Of a stretch of 56,956 nucleotides of DNA, positions 1 to 8,199 are shown one piece after another. The position numbers were made by a program, and so were the translations under genes. The notes beneath the pieces were generated by a model that worked only from the letters and a program-made list of their open reading frames with translations, did no database searches and was not told the DNA's origin. Source of the DNA: a virus (Duplodnaviria > Caudoviricetes); IMG/VR virus record IMGVR_UViG_3300036791_000660, positions 1 through 56,956 of that record; one strand, 5' to 3'. Each line of letters starts with the position of its first letter. The stretch's first letter is position 1.

Positions 1-545
1 CTAGCCCACCCCCGGCACGACACGGCAGGCGCGGCTCGGACTGGCGCGACAAGGATGGCGAGGAACGCGGGGCCGGGTCAGGCAACGCATGGTCTGGCGT
101 GGCAGGCCTGTCGAGTCTTGGCATGCCGAGACTTCTCCGGGCGTGACTTCGCTGCGCGAGGCGGGGCCGGGCATGGCAGGCGTGGCATGGTTTTGCGGGG
201 TTGGGCACGACGAGCCGAGCCAAGGCATGGCTGGTGCGGCTAGGCGAGGAAGCCAAGGGATGGCCAGCAGCGGCGCGGTGAGGCCGGCCACGGCACGGCA
301 GGTGCGGCGGGGCAACCCAAGGCGCGACGGGGGAGGCTTGGCTTCCCACGGTCCGGCACGGTGAGGCAGGCAAGTCGAGGCAAGACACGATGTGACATGG
401 CACGATGCGGTTCGGCAGGCGCGGCTAGGAGTTCGCGACGAGGTAGGCAAGGCGGGGCTGGGTGCGGCAGGTCTGGCGCGTCGAGGCGAGGGTCGCGGGG
501 CGTGGCGGGGCAAGGCACGCAATCACATGGCACGGCAGGCACGAC
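1..545 (+). ncRNA. Array of degenerate GGY-NN pentamer-repeat units (putative multi-guide RNA precursor), truncated by the window start
   Basis: 5-nt periodicity (ggcgc ggctc ggact ggcgc gacaa...). Units are delimited by GGCAGG at 24, 101, 175, 297, 365, 414, 466 and 534 and by GGCTGG at 229. No credible ORF. The repeat is seen directly; RNA status is inferred. Confidence 0.8.
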
Positions 546-548
546 ATC

Positions 549-597
549 TGCCAGTTACTGTCAGGCACTACTGACGGTCTATTGCCAACTTCTGTCA
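549..597. promoter_or_regulatory. Two TGCCA-N5-TGTCA operator-like sites (549-563, 583-597)
   Basis: The motif recurs at about ten intergenic or promoter-proximal positions in the window. Confidence 0.65.
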
Positions 598-610
598 ATA
601 AGCCTATATG
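582..610 (+). promoter_or_regulatory. sigma70-type promoter
   Basis: TTGCCA-17 nt-TATATG upstream of the Gly-rich gene. Confidence 0.65.
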
Positions 611-665
611 CCAAGCTCGCCACGCACAGGCGTTGGCGGTGAACAACCTTTCAGGAGACCTTGTG

Positions 666-1457
666 ATGTTGCGGCGTAAATTGTTGATGGCCGTCCTCGG
701 AGTCGTGGCGGCTGGTGGAGCGATGACGGCGGCCGATGCCCTCGCCAAAGGTGGTGGCGGCGGTTCCGGTGGCGGTGGTTCGGGCGGCGGTGGCGGCTCG
801 GGCGGTGGTGGTTCTGGCGGAGGAGGTTCCGGTGGCGGATCAGGAGGAGGTGGCGGCGGCTCCGGCGGAGGCGGGGGTTCCGGCGGTGGTAGCGGCAGCG
901 GGGGCGGTGGCTCCGGTGGTGGCTCGGGTGGCGGCGGAAGCGGCTCGGGCGGCGGCAGCGGCGGAGGCGGCGGATCGGGCGGTGGCGGCTCGGGCGGTGG
1001 CTCTGGCGGCGGTGGTGGCGGCTCGGGCGGAGGCTCGGGCGGTGGAGGCGGCGGCTCGGGCAGCGGCGGCGGAGGCGGCTCAGGCGGCGGAGGGTCGGGC
1101 GGCGGCAGCGGCGGCGGTGGTTCGGGCGGCGGTGGTAGCGGTTCTGGTGGCGGTGGGTCTGGCGGCGGCGGTGGCGGCTCGGGTGGCGGCTCTGGCGGCA
1201 GCGGTGGCGGTTCTGGTGGTGGCGGTTCCGGTGGCGGTGGCGGTGGCGGATCGGGCTCCGGTGGCGGCGATGCTGGCGGTGGCGGTGGCGGCGGTGCTTC
1301 TGGCGGTGGGAGTGCTGGTGGCGGGTCGAGTGCTGGGTCTAGCTCCGGGTCTGGGGCTGGCGCTGGTGCCGGGGCCTCTGCCTCGGGCGCCTCGGGTCCG
1401 TCAGGAGCCGACGGCGTCAACAACGTGAACGAGTTCTTCCGTTCGCGTCGTCGGTAG
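666..1457 (+). CDS. Exported Gly/Ser-rich low-complexity protein
   Basis: AGGAG RBS. N-terminal MLRRKLLMAVLGVVAAGG...ALA signal peptide, then a long GGGGS-type tract with varied wobble bases. Confidence 0.7.
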   Translation: MLRRKLLMAVLGVVAAGGAMTAADALAKGGGGGSGGGGSGGGGGSGGGGSGGGGSGGGSGGGGGGSGGGGGSGGGSGSGGGGSGGGSGGGGSGSGGGSGGGGGSGGGGSGGGSGGGGGGSGGGSGGGGGGSGSGGGGGSGGGGSGGGSGGGGSGGGGSGSGGGGSGGGGGGSGGGSGGSGGGSGGGGSGGGGGGGSGSGGGDAGGGGGGGASGGGSAGGGSSAGSSSGSGAGAGAGASASGASGPSGADGVNNVNEFFRSRRR

Positions 1458-1483
1458 GCTTGACGAGTCTTGTCAAGGGGCTT

Positions 1484-1511
1484 GATGGTGGGACCGATTT
1501 GTCCCACCATC
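1484..1511 (+). terminator. Hairpin after the Gly-rich gene
   Basis: GATGGTGGGAC-cgattt-GTCCCACCATC, perfect 11-bp stem; no strong U tract. Confidence 0.55.
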
Positions 1512-1516
1512 TTCCC

Positions 1517-1544
1517 TTGCCAACTCCTGTCACCGCCCTATATT
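1517..1544 (+). promoter_or_regulatory. sigma70-type promoter overlapping a TGCCA-N5-TGTCA site
   Basis: TTGCCA-16 nt-TATATT; operator-like site at 1518-1532. Confidence 0.6.
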
Positions 1545-1666
1545 CAGGACATGAACTTACCCCCGCATCTTTACCACGGCACGTCGAGCAGACGATTGCG
1601 CGCCATCCTGAAGCGCGGACGGAGTCCGCGCGGCGAGCGCAAGCCCGTGAAGAAGGAGAGAGCAGC

Positions 1667-1843
1667 ATGACAATCGTTGGCGTTCAAAAGTTGGTCACTG
1701 GCCAATTCGATCTCGTCCTTCGGCTCACCGAGAAGGAAGGCCTCGATCTGGCCAGCCTGATCGTCCAGCAGCAGGAACTCACACAGTCACCCCCACCACC
1801 ACCCTCAACCGAGGGCGGCACATCAGAGGAGCCGAAGTCGTGA
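1667..1843 (+). CDS. Hypothetical protein
   Basis: AGGAGAGAGC leader before ATG; stop overlaps the next start. Confidence 0.6.
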   Translation: MTIVGVQKLVTGQFDLVLRLTEKEGLDLASLIVQQQELTQSPPPPPSTEGGTSEEPKS

Positions 1844-2052
1844 ACATCTTCGCCCGAGGCTCGGACAACGTCCGGCTCAGCCGCAAGCATCGCATCACCA
1901 TCACGTCGGCGCTCAACCTCGCCGCCGACCAGTGGCTCGAAACGGCGGCCAAGGAGACGAACAACAAGGCGACGCTGCTCGCCTTGGCCGGCGAGGCGAA
2001 GGCGCTCGCCATCCTGCTTGAACCCGATGTCGAGGAGGAGCCGCAGTCATGA
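1840..2052 (+). CDS. Hypothetical protein
   Basis: Coupled start/stop overlaps; phage-like codon usage. Confidence 0.6.
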   Translation: MNIFARGSDNVRLSRKHRITITSALNLAADQWLETAAKETNNKATLLALAGEAKALAILLEPDVEEEPQS

Positions 2053-2252
2053 GCGAGTTAGCCCACTGGACGTTCCTGCTGAACATCGTGCTCACCATAG
2101 CCAACGTCGGCCTGACGTGGCGCGCCATACGCGGCGAGAAACAGCTAATTCGCGGCCTGCTGTGGATCATCTGCAAGCGCATCAAAATGGGACAGTTCTA
2201 CTCGCCGTTCGAGAAGACCATCGTCGTCAAGGCCATCGAGTACGTCGGATGA
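2049..2252 (+). CDS. Small membrane-anchored hypothetical protein
   Basis: GGAG RBS, ATGA overlap, N-terminal hydrophobic helix. Confidence 0.55.
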   Translation: MSELAHWTFLLNIVLTIANVGLTWRAIRGEKQLIRGLLWIICKRIKMGQFYSPFEKTIVVKAIEYVG

Positions 2253-2473
2253 GATCGCTCAGACGACACACCCGGCCGCTGCGCGCCGTCACGCCGATAG
2301 CCGCCGAGCTAGGATTCCGCTTCGATGGACTGACCCGGCGCGGCCACTTCAAATGGCGCAACCGCCATGGCTTCATGGTGATCACCGGCTCGAAGTTCGA
2401 TGAGCCGCGCAGCCTCAAGAACGCGACCACGCAATTCCGGCTGGCTGTCCACAGCCAACCTGCCATAAAGTAG
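2249..2473 (+). CDS. Basic hypothetical protein
   Basis: ATGA overlap with the upstream gene. Confidence 0.5.
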   Translation: MRSLRRHTRPLRAVTPIAAELGFRFDGLTRRGHFKWRNRHGFMVITGSKFDEPRSLKNATTQFRLAVHSQPAIK

Positions 2474-2491
2474 CAATCAGGAGCACCCCCG

Positions 2492-3415
2492 ATGATCATC
2501 AGCAAGCCCGGCTTCTACAACGAAGTGCCGGAAACCGACTATCACGGCGACCCCGTGAAAGACCTGTCGCTAAGCTCGGACGTGGTCAAGCTGATGGCCC
2601 TGAAGTCGCCGCGCCACGCCAAGCACGCCCACCCGCGCCTGACCGATCAGCCCAAGAAGGACGCGCCCGACCGCGCCATGTGCATCGGCAGCGCCGCTCA
2701 CAAGAGGCTGCTCGGCCGGGGCCGCCAGATCGACGTGCTGGCCTACGACGACTATCGCAAGAACGACGCCAAGGACCAGCGCGACGCCGCACTGGCAGCC
2801 GGCAACGTGCCGGTGCTGGCCGCCGACATGGAGAAGGTCGAGGCCATGGTGAAGGCGGCCGAAGAACAGCTTGCCGAACTGGGCCACGCCGACATCTTCA
2901 CCGGCGGCCACGCCGAGGTGACGATGGTCTGGCAGGAGAGGAAGAACGGCGTGTGGTGCCGCTCGCGGCCGGACTACATCCACGACGAGGCGCGCAAGGG
3001 CGGCCACATCATCGTGCCCGAACTGAAGACGACCGAGGGCTCGGCCCATCCCGACGACTGGTCCACGACCTGCGCCGGCATGGGCCACGACTATCAGGCC
3101 TGCCTGCGTGAGCGCGGCCTGAAGGCGCTGATCCCCGGCCTCAAGAGCGTCGAGACGCTGTGGGTCGTGCTGGAGCAGAAGCCGCCCTACGGCCTGTCGC
3201 TCGTCACCATGGACAACCAGACGCGGACCGAGATCAGCGACATGGTCGCCCTCGCCATCGAGGCATGGGACGGCTGTCTGAAGACCGGCCAGTGGCCGTC
3301 CTACGAGCGCGGCGTGCTCGACGCCAAGCCGTGGCGCTCGATGTCCACCGAGCTTCGCCGGCAGGCGCTGCTCGACCGTGTCGCCCACTGGCAGCGCCCG
3401 CTGGAGAGCGCGTGA
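2492..3415 (+). CDS. PD-(D/E)XK exonuclease, RecE/ExoVIII (DUF3799)-like
   Basis: YH..LSLSS, GSAAH, CRSRPD..ELKTT and DYQA motifs; followed by an AAA gene. Confidence 0.85.
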   Translation: MIISKPGFYNEVPETDYHGDPVKDLSLSSDVVKLMALKSPRHAKHAHPRLTDQPKKDAPDRAMCIGSAAHKRLLGRGRQIDVLAYDDYRKNDAKDQRDAALAAGNVPVLAADMEKVEAMVKAAEEQLAELGHADIFTGGHAEVTMVWQERKNGVWCRSRPDYIHDEARKGGHIIVPELKTTEGSAHPDDWSTTCAGMGHDYQACLRERGLKALIPGLKSVETLWVVLEQKPPYGLSLVTMDNQTRTEISDMVALAIEAWDGCLKTGQWPSYERGVLDAKPWRSMSTELRRQALLDRVAHWQRPLESA

Positions 3416-3441
3416 ACCTCAACCCGCCGACGGAGACTGTC

Positions 3442-3624
3442 ATGACCGAACAGCAGATCGAGACCGAGATCGACGCTGCCATTGATCAAGTCGAGGAGCG
3501 CTGCACGCCGGACAAGATGAGCAAGAGCGAGGCGGTCGATTACCTCGAAGGCGTGATCGCCCGCCTGCGCACCTCGGTCGAGGCGCTGGAGGAGGAGATC
3601 GGCAACGCAGGAGACGAGGCATGA
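3442..3624 (+). CDS. Small acidic hypothetical protein
   Basis: GGAG RBS; ATGA overlap with the next gene. Confidence 0.6.
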   Translation: MTEQQIETEIDAAIDQVEERCTPDKMSKSEAVDYLEGVIARLRTSVEALEEEIGNAGDEA

Positions 3625-3965
3625 GAAAGAAACGGCAGATGGAAGTCCGCGCGCCCAACGCCATCGAAGACGAGCAACTGGACTCGCTGGCGCAGTATCT
3701 GGCCGACGCCATGGAGCACTGGCGCAAACACCGGCGCCTGCGCGGGCTCGACGCCGACGTGGCGATCAACGCCCACGCCTGCTGCATCGCGCGGATCATC
3801 ACGCACTGCCCCGACGACGAGAAGCGCTCCGCCATGACGGCGTCGCTGCTCTACTTCCTGTGCGCCGAGACCAAGAGCGACATCGGCATGATGCTCGACT
3901 ACGTCAACCTGATGAGCGCGCAGGACAAGGCCCTGCTGCTGCATGGAGTCGTCGGACATGGCTGA
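3621..3965 (+). CDS. Hypothetical protein
   Basis: Coupled ORF in the operon. Confidence 0.6.
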   Translation: MRKKRQMEVRAPNAIEDEQLDSLAQYLADAMEHWRKHRRLRGLDADVAINAHACCIARIITHCPDDEKRSAMTASLLYFLCAETKSDIGMMLDYVNLMSAQDKALLLHGVVGHG

Positions 3966-5067
3966 GATCGCGCACTACAAGTTCAGCCCCGCCAAGCGCG
4001 AGGGCGTCGGTCTGTTCATCGGCTTGGCCGGTGGCACGGGCTCGGGCAAGACCTTCTCTGCGCTCCGTCTGGCGCGCGGCATCGTCGGGCCTGACGGCAA
4101 GATCGCGGCGGCCGACAGCGAGGGCCGACGCATGAGCCACTACGCCGGCATGATGGGCGGCTTCGATGTCACCGACCTCGAACCGCCGTTCCGCCCGGAC
4201 AAGTACGAGCAGGTCGCCAAGGACGCCGAGGCCGCCGGCTACAAGGTGCTTATCGTGGATTCGATGAGCCACGAGTGGTCGGGCGACGGCGGCGTGGTCG
4301 AGTGGCACGACGAAGAACTCGACCGGGCCTACGCCAAGGCGGTGCAGAATGCCCGCGAGGGCGACACCGTCGATGAGGAGAGGGTCCGCAACGCCAACAA
4401 CATGCGCGCGTGGATCAGGCCGAAGACGGCGCACAAGCAGATGGTGCAGAGCTTCCTCCAGCGCCGCATCCCGGTGATCTTCTGCTTCCGCGCCGAGGAG
4501 AAGATCAAGGTGCTGCCCAACGGCCGCATCGAGGCGATGGGCTGGACGCCGATTGGCGACCAGCGGTTCATGTTCGAGTTGACGGTGATGATCACGCTGG
4601 CGAACGACCGGCCGGGCTGCGTCAACTACGACCTGCCGCGCAAGATTCAGGAGCAGCACATGCTGCTGTTCCCCGACAAGAAGCCGATCACCGAGGACGC
4701 TGGGGCCAAGCTGGCGGCATGGGCGCGCGGCGAGGACATCGTGCCGGAGAAGAAGGCCGCGCCGGCCAAGAAGGAGCCCGAGCAGAAGCCGGCGGCAGCC
4801 GCCACGACCAGCGGCGGCGAATTGGCACTGGGCGACAGCGACAAGGCGGCAGCGGCGGCCAAGCGGATTATCGACGGCGTGGCGGCGCTGAAGACGCGCA
4901 TCGCCGAGGCCAAGACCGGCGAGGCCGTGACGGCGATCCTTCAGGAGGCCGAGGTGCGCAAGCAACTGGCGTACCTGTCGAAGAACCGCAAGGACCTCAA
5001 CAAGGAAGTGATCGACGCCGCCAACGCCCGCCGCCGCGCCCTGCGCGACGCGAAGAAGGCGGCATGA
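3958..5067 (+). CDS. AAA-family ATPase (phage recombination, Sak4-like)
   Basis: Walker A GGTGSGKT, Walker B VLIVDSMSHEW; located near the RecE-like nuclease. Confidence 0.8.
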   Translation: MAEIAHYKFSPAKREGVGLFIGLAGGTGSGKTFSALRLARGIVGPDGKIAAADSEGRRMSHYAGMMGGFDVTDLEPPFRPDKYEQVAKDAEAAGYKVLIVDSMSHEWSGDGGVVEWHDEELDRAYAKAVQNAREGDTVDEERVRNANNMRAWIRPKTAHKQMVQSFLQRRIPVIFCFRAEEKIKVLPNGRIEAMGWTPIGDQRFMFELTVMITLANDRPGCVNYDLPRKIQEQHMLLFPDKKPITEDAGAKLAAWARGEDIVPEKKAAPAKKEPEQKPAAAATTSGGELALGDSDKAAAAAKRIIDGVAALKTRIAEAKTGEAVTAILQEAEVRKQLAYLSKNRKDLNKEVIDAANARRRALRDAKKAA

Positions 5068-5204
5068 GCGAAACCAAGAGCCAGCGCCTTTGACCAAGGG
5101 GCGAGGGCGGCCAAGCCGGGGCGAGTAGCCCGCTAACGTGTGAGATGAGGACGTTGCACGGATGCGGTTAGCCCCGGCGGGGTTGCCGAGACAGGGAGAT
5201 AGGC

Positions 5205-5564
5205 ATGAAGTCGGTCGAATTGAGGCTGGTCGTGATCCTGCCCAACAGCGCGCTGGACGAGGTGATGGACATCGCCTGCCCGGTGAACGAGCGCGACGAG
5301 CCCGAGTTCACCAGTCTGCGCGGGCTGATCAAGGCCAAGCTCGATCACGCCGAGTTCGAGCACGTCACCGTTTTCTGGAACGACGAGTACCGCGATATGT
5401 TCGTGGATGACACCGGCGTGCTGAAGGGCCTTCCTATAAATGCGCGGGCCACCGCCATCTACTGGAACAACACGCGCATCCACATGCCGGACGACTACGA
5501 CCCGGAAACCATGGCGATGATCCACGGCCCGGCCGTGCTGTTCGACAAGAAGGTCTGGTTCTGA
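5205..5564 (+). CDS. Hypothetical phage protein (DUF3846-like)
   Basis: MFVDDTG..KGLPINARAT..IHGPAV pattern. Confidence 0.6.
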   Translation: MKSVELRLVVILPNSALDEVMDIACPVNERDEPEFTSLRGLIKAKLDHAEFEHVTVFWNDEYRDMFVDDTGVLKGLPINARATAIYWNNTRIHMPDDYDPETMAMIHGPAVLFDKKVWF

Positions 5565-5833
5565 TGCGCGAGCGCGTGCATGCCCTGAAGCTGCCGAACC
5601 GGACGGCGTGCGGCCGTGAGGGCCGCCTCCAGCGGCTCGGCCATCTCGCCATGCTGCTCACCGAGGCCGATCTCAGCCTGCGCCTCGGCGACCGCAACGA
5701 GGTGACGTGCAAGGACTGCCTCCTCGCCATCGCCAAGCACGGCTACATGATCAACTGGACTGACGTGCCATCCCACGCGGCGAGCGCCGCCAAGGAGAAG
5801 CGGCGACGCCACCGCCGCCGCACGCGGGCATGA
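5564..5833 (+). CDS. Hypothetical protein, possibly Zn-binding
   Basis: HAL..TACG..VTCKDC; coupled ORF. Confidence 0.55.
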   Translation: MRERVHALKLPNRTACGREGRLQRLGHLAMLLTEADLSLRLGDRNEVTCKDCLLAIAKHGYMINWTDVPSHAASAAKEKRRRHRRRTRA

Positions 5834-7617
5834 GCAGCAAGTTCCGGTTCGGCGGCATCACGCTCGACGCGCTCGACATCGGCAGCCGGGCGAACGGCGT
5901 GCTCGGCATCCGCGATTCGGGCAAGTCAGTGACGGCCAAAGCGTTGGCCGAGCACATCCACGACCACGGCATCCCGTTCGTCGGCTTCGATCCGTCGGGC
6001 GTGTGGCGCTTCCTGCGCGTGCCCGGCAAGGGCAAAGGCCGGCCCATCGTCGTGGCCGGTGGCGTCGAGGCCGACCTGCCGCTCAGTCCGGCGAGCGCGC
6101 CGCAGATCGTGGAAGCGGCCATGCAGCAGGGCCTGTCGCTGGTGCTCGACTTCCACGGCGTCGATCTCTCGAAGGCGCAGTGGCGCGCCATCGTGCGCGA
6201 CTGCGTGCAGTTGATGCTGCGCAAGAACCGCCTGCATGGCCTGCGCCATGTCTTCCTCGAAGAAGCCGCCGAATTCGTGCCGCAGCGCGTGATCGACGGG
6301 CTGGTCTACGCCGAGGTCGAGAAGCTGGCGCGCATCGGCGGCAACCAAGGGCTCGGCATCACGCTGATCAACCAGCGCGCCGAGGAAGTGAACAAGGCGG
6401 TGCTGGAGCTTTGCGACAACCTGTTCCTGCACCGTACCAAGGGCAAGAATTCGCTGCAGTCGCTGAACAAGTGGCTGGAGCTTGGCGCGGTCAAAGACGC
6501 CCGAGTCGTTATCGACTCGCTTTCGACTCTGCCGACCGGCGAGTGCTGGGCGTGGCTGCGCGAGGCCAGCCAGCCGGTGCACCTGCACGTCCCGCCGACC
6601 TCATCGTTCCATCCCGACCGGCGGGCGATGCGCGGCGACGTGAAGCTCGCCCACCGCCCGGTGGACGTGAAGGACTTCGTGGCGAAGTTGCTCGGCGAAC
6701 TGCCCAAGATCGAGGAGCAGGCCAAGGCCAACGACCCGGCCGAACTGAAGCGCCGCATCATCGCACTGGAGGCCGAGATCAAGGGCCAGCACGTCTCGCC
6801 GGCCCCGGAGGTGCTGAACGCCGCCCGCGAGGAAGGCTACCGCCAAGGCATGGACGCCTACCGACCGGGCCTGAAGCGGCTGAGCGAAGCCGCCGACAAG
6901 ATCGAGGCCGCGCTTGGTGATCTGCGCAAGGCTGTCGATCAGAAGCTGCTGACGGCTCTGGAACACGCCAAACTCATCGAGCCCGCTCACAGGAACACGA
7001 ATCCTCAGTACCACCGCACCGGGGGAAAAGGTGAGCGGCCGGTGCACTACATCGCCAACGTGACGTGGCCGTCCGGGCGCGTGGAGAGGCTTGAGAGTCA
7101 CCCAACGAAACCTGCTCACCGCATCGAGGAACCAAGTCACCTCACGAAACCGCGCCAGCGCATCCTCGACACGCTGGGCTTCCTCGAAACCATCGGCGAG
7201 CCAACGCCGAGCAAGGTGCAGTTGGCGCTGTGGTGCGGCGCGAGCCCGAAGTCGTCGGCCTACGCGAACAATCTCGGTGCCCTGCGCTCGGAAGGCCTGA
7301 TCGACTATCCGGGCGGGCAGGTGGCGCTGAGCGACGAGGGCCACAAGCTCGCCCATCCGCTGCGCATGTCACAGCCCGAGATGCAGCGCAGCCTGCTCGA
7401 CCGGCTGACCGTGCCGCAGGCCAACATCATGAGCTACCTGCTGGCCGTCTATCCGACGCCGATGGCGCGCGACGCGCTCGCCGAGCAGGTGGCGGCGTCG
7501 GCCAATTCGAGCGCCTACGCCAACAATCTCGGCACGCTGCGCTCGATGGGCGTGCTCGACTATCCGAGCCGGGGCGAGGTCGTGGCCACCAAGATTTGCT
7601 TCATGGGGCGGTCGTGA
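5830..7617 (+). CDS. HerA/FtsK-like (DUF87-type) ATPase with two C-terminal winged-helix-like repeats
   Basis: Walker A GIRDSGKS, Walker B VFLEEA, LINQR motif; duplicated [20 protein letters not shown]. Confidence 0.75.
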   Translation: MSSKFRFGGITLDALDIGSRANGVLGIRDSGKSVTAKALAEHIHDHGIPFVGFDPSGVWRFLRVPGKGKGRPIVVAGGVEADLPLSPASAPQIVEAAMQQGLSLVLDFHGVDLSKAQWRAIVRDCVQLMLRKNRLHGLRHVFLEEAAEFVPQRVIDGLVYAEVEKLARIGGNQGLGITLINQRAEEVNKAVLELCDNLFLHRTKGKNSLQSLNKWLELGAVKDARVVIDSLSTLPTGECWAWLREASQPVHLHVPPTSSFHPDRRAMRGDVKLAHRPVDVKDFVAKLLGELPKIEEQAKANDPAELKRRIIALEAEIKGQHVSPAPEVLNAAREEGYRQGMDAYRPGLKRLSEAADKIEAALGDLRKAVDQKLLTALEHAKLIEPAHRNTNPQYHRTGGKGERPVHYIANVTWPSGRVERLESHPTKPAHRIEEPSHLTKPRQRILDTLGFLETIGEPTPSKVQLALWCGASPKSSAYANNLGALRSEGLIDYPGGQVALSDEGHKLAHPLRMSQPEMQRSLLDRLTVPQANIMSYLLAVYPTPMARDALAEQVAASANSSAYANNLGTLRSMGVLDYPSRGEVVATKICFMGRS

Positions 7618-7913
7618 AGGCGGTCGGCAACGGTCTGGCCTGCCCGAAGTGCGGTGGCCTCGACCTCGACGTGAAGGACAGCCGGGCGGCCAACGGCATG
7701 ATCCGACGACGCAGACGGTGCACGGCGTGCAGCGAGCGCTTCACGACCTATGAAGCGGCGGCTGATGACGATGAACGTGGATCGTCGCTGATGCGGGCGC
7801 TCGACTTGCGGCGCAAGCTCGACGCGCTGCCGCCCAACCTGCGCCCGCTGATCGAGGCGCTGATCGACCGACTGAAGGAAAGCCATGCCACTGAAGATCA
7901 TCCCGACGCCTGA
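7614..7913 (+). CDS. NrdR-like Zn-ribbon protein
   Basis: [28 protein letters not shown]; no full ATP-cone. Confidence 0.75.
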   Translation: MKAVGNGLACPKCGGLDLDVKDSRAANGMIRRRRRCTACSERFTTYEAAADDDERGSSLMRALDLRRKLDALPPNLRPLIEALIDRLKESHATEDHPDA

Positions 7914-8199
7914 CTACATCATCACCAACTACGGCGACGTTGGTGCTGTCTACCTGATCGAGGCCGGGCCGTGGGCGGGCAAGCACGCCTGCTGCCTGTC
8001 GATGATGTTCACCGTCGGCATCGCGGTGATGGATGCCGACCAGTGGTACGCCCGCTGGTGCTACGACAAGCGCATCGAGGCATTGAAGGCGCTCACCGAC
8101 TGGGACGGCATGGGCGATCCGGGCGGCCCGTGGATCAAGTACAAGGGCCGGGGCGGTGAACGCCACGGGCCGGGCTCGACGGCCGAGGTGCGCGAATGA
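7885..8199 (+). CDS. Hypothetical protein
   Basis: AAGGA RBS; RWCY..WDG.GDP pattern. Confidence 0.6.
   Translation: MPLKIIPTPDYIITNYGDVGAVYLIEAGPWAGKHACCLSMMFTVGIAVMDADQWYARWCYDKRIEALKALTDWDGMGDPGGPWIKYKGRGGERHGPGSTAEVRE

Noticed and set aside
1-545. Canonical CRISPR array or simple satellite
   Set aside because: There is no fixed 23-50-nt direct repeat with unique spacers and no cas gene. The variable dinucleotides carry protein-coding information, so it is not a random satellite.
1-642. Arg/Gly/Ala-rich ORFs over the repeat array, and similar ones at 34513-34701, 39944-40246, 44750-45066 and 49525-49911
   Set aside because: Translation artefacts of a stop-poor 5-nt repeat; several frames are open and there is no RBS.
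425-1510. Pro-rich 361-aa ORF on the - strand
   Set aside because: It is the shadow of the Gly-rich + strand gene, which has the promoter, RBS and signal peptide.
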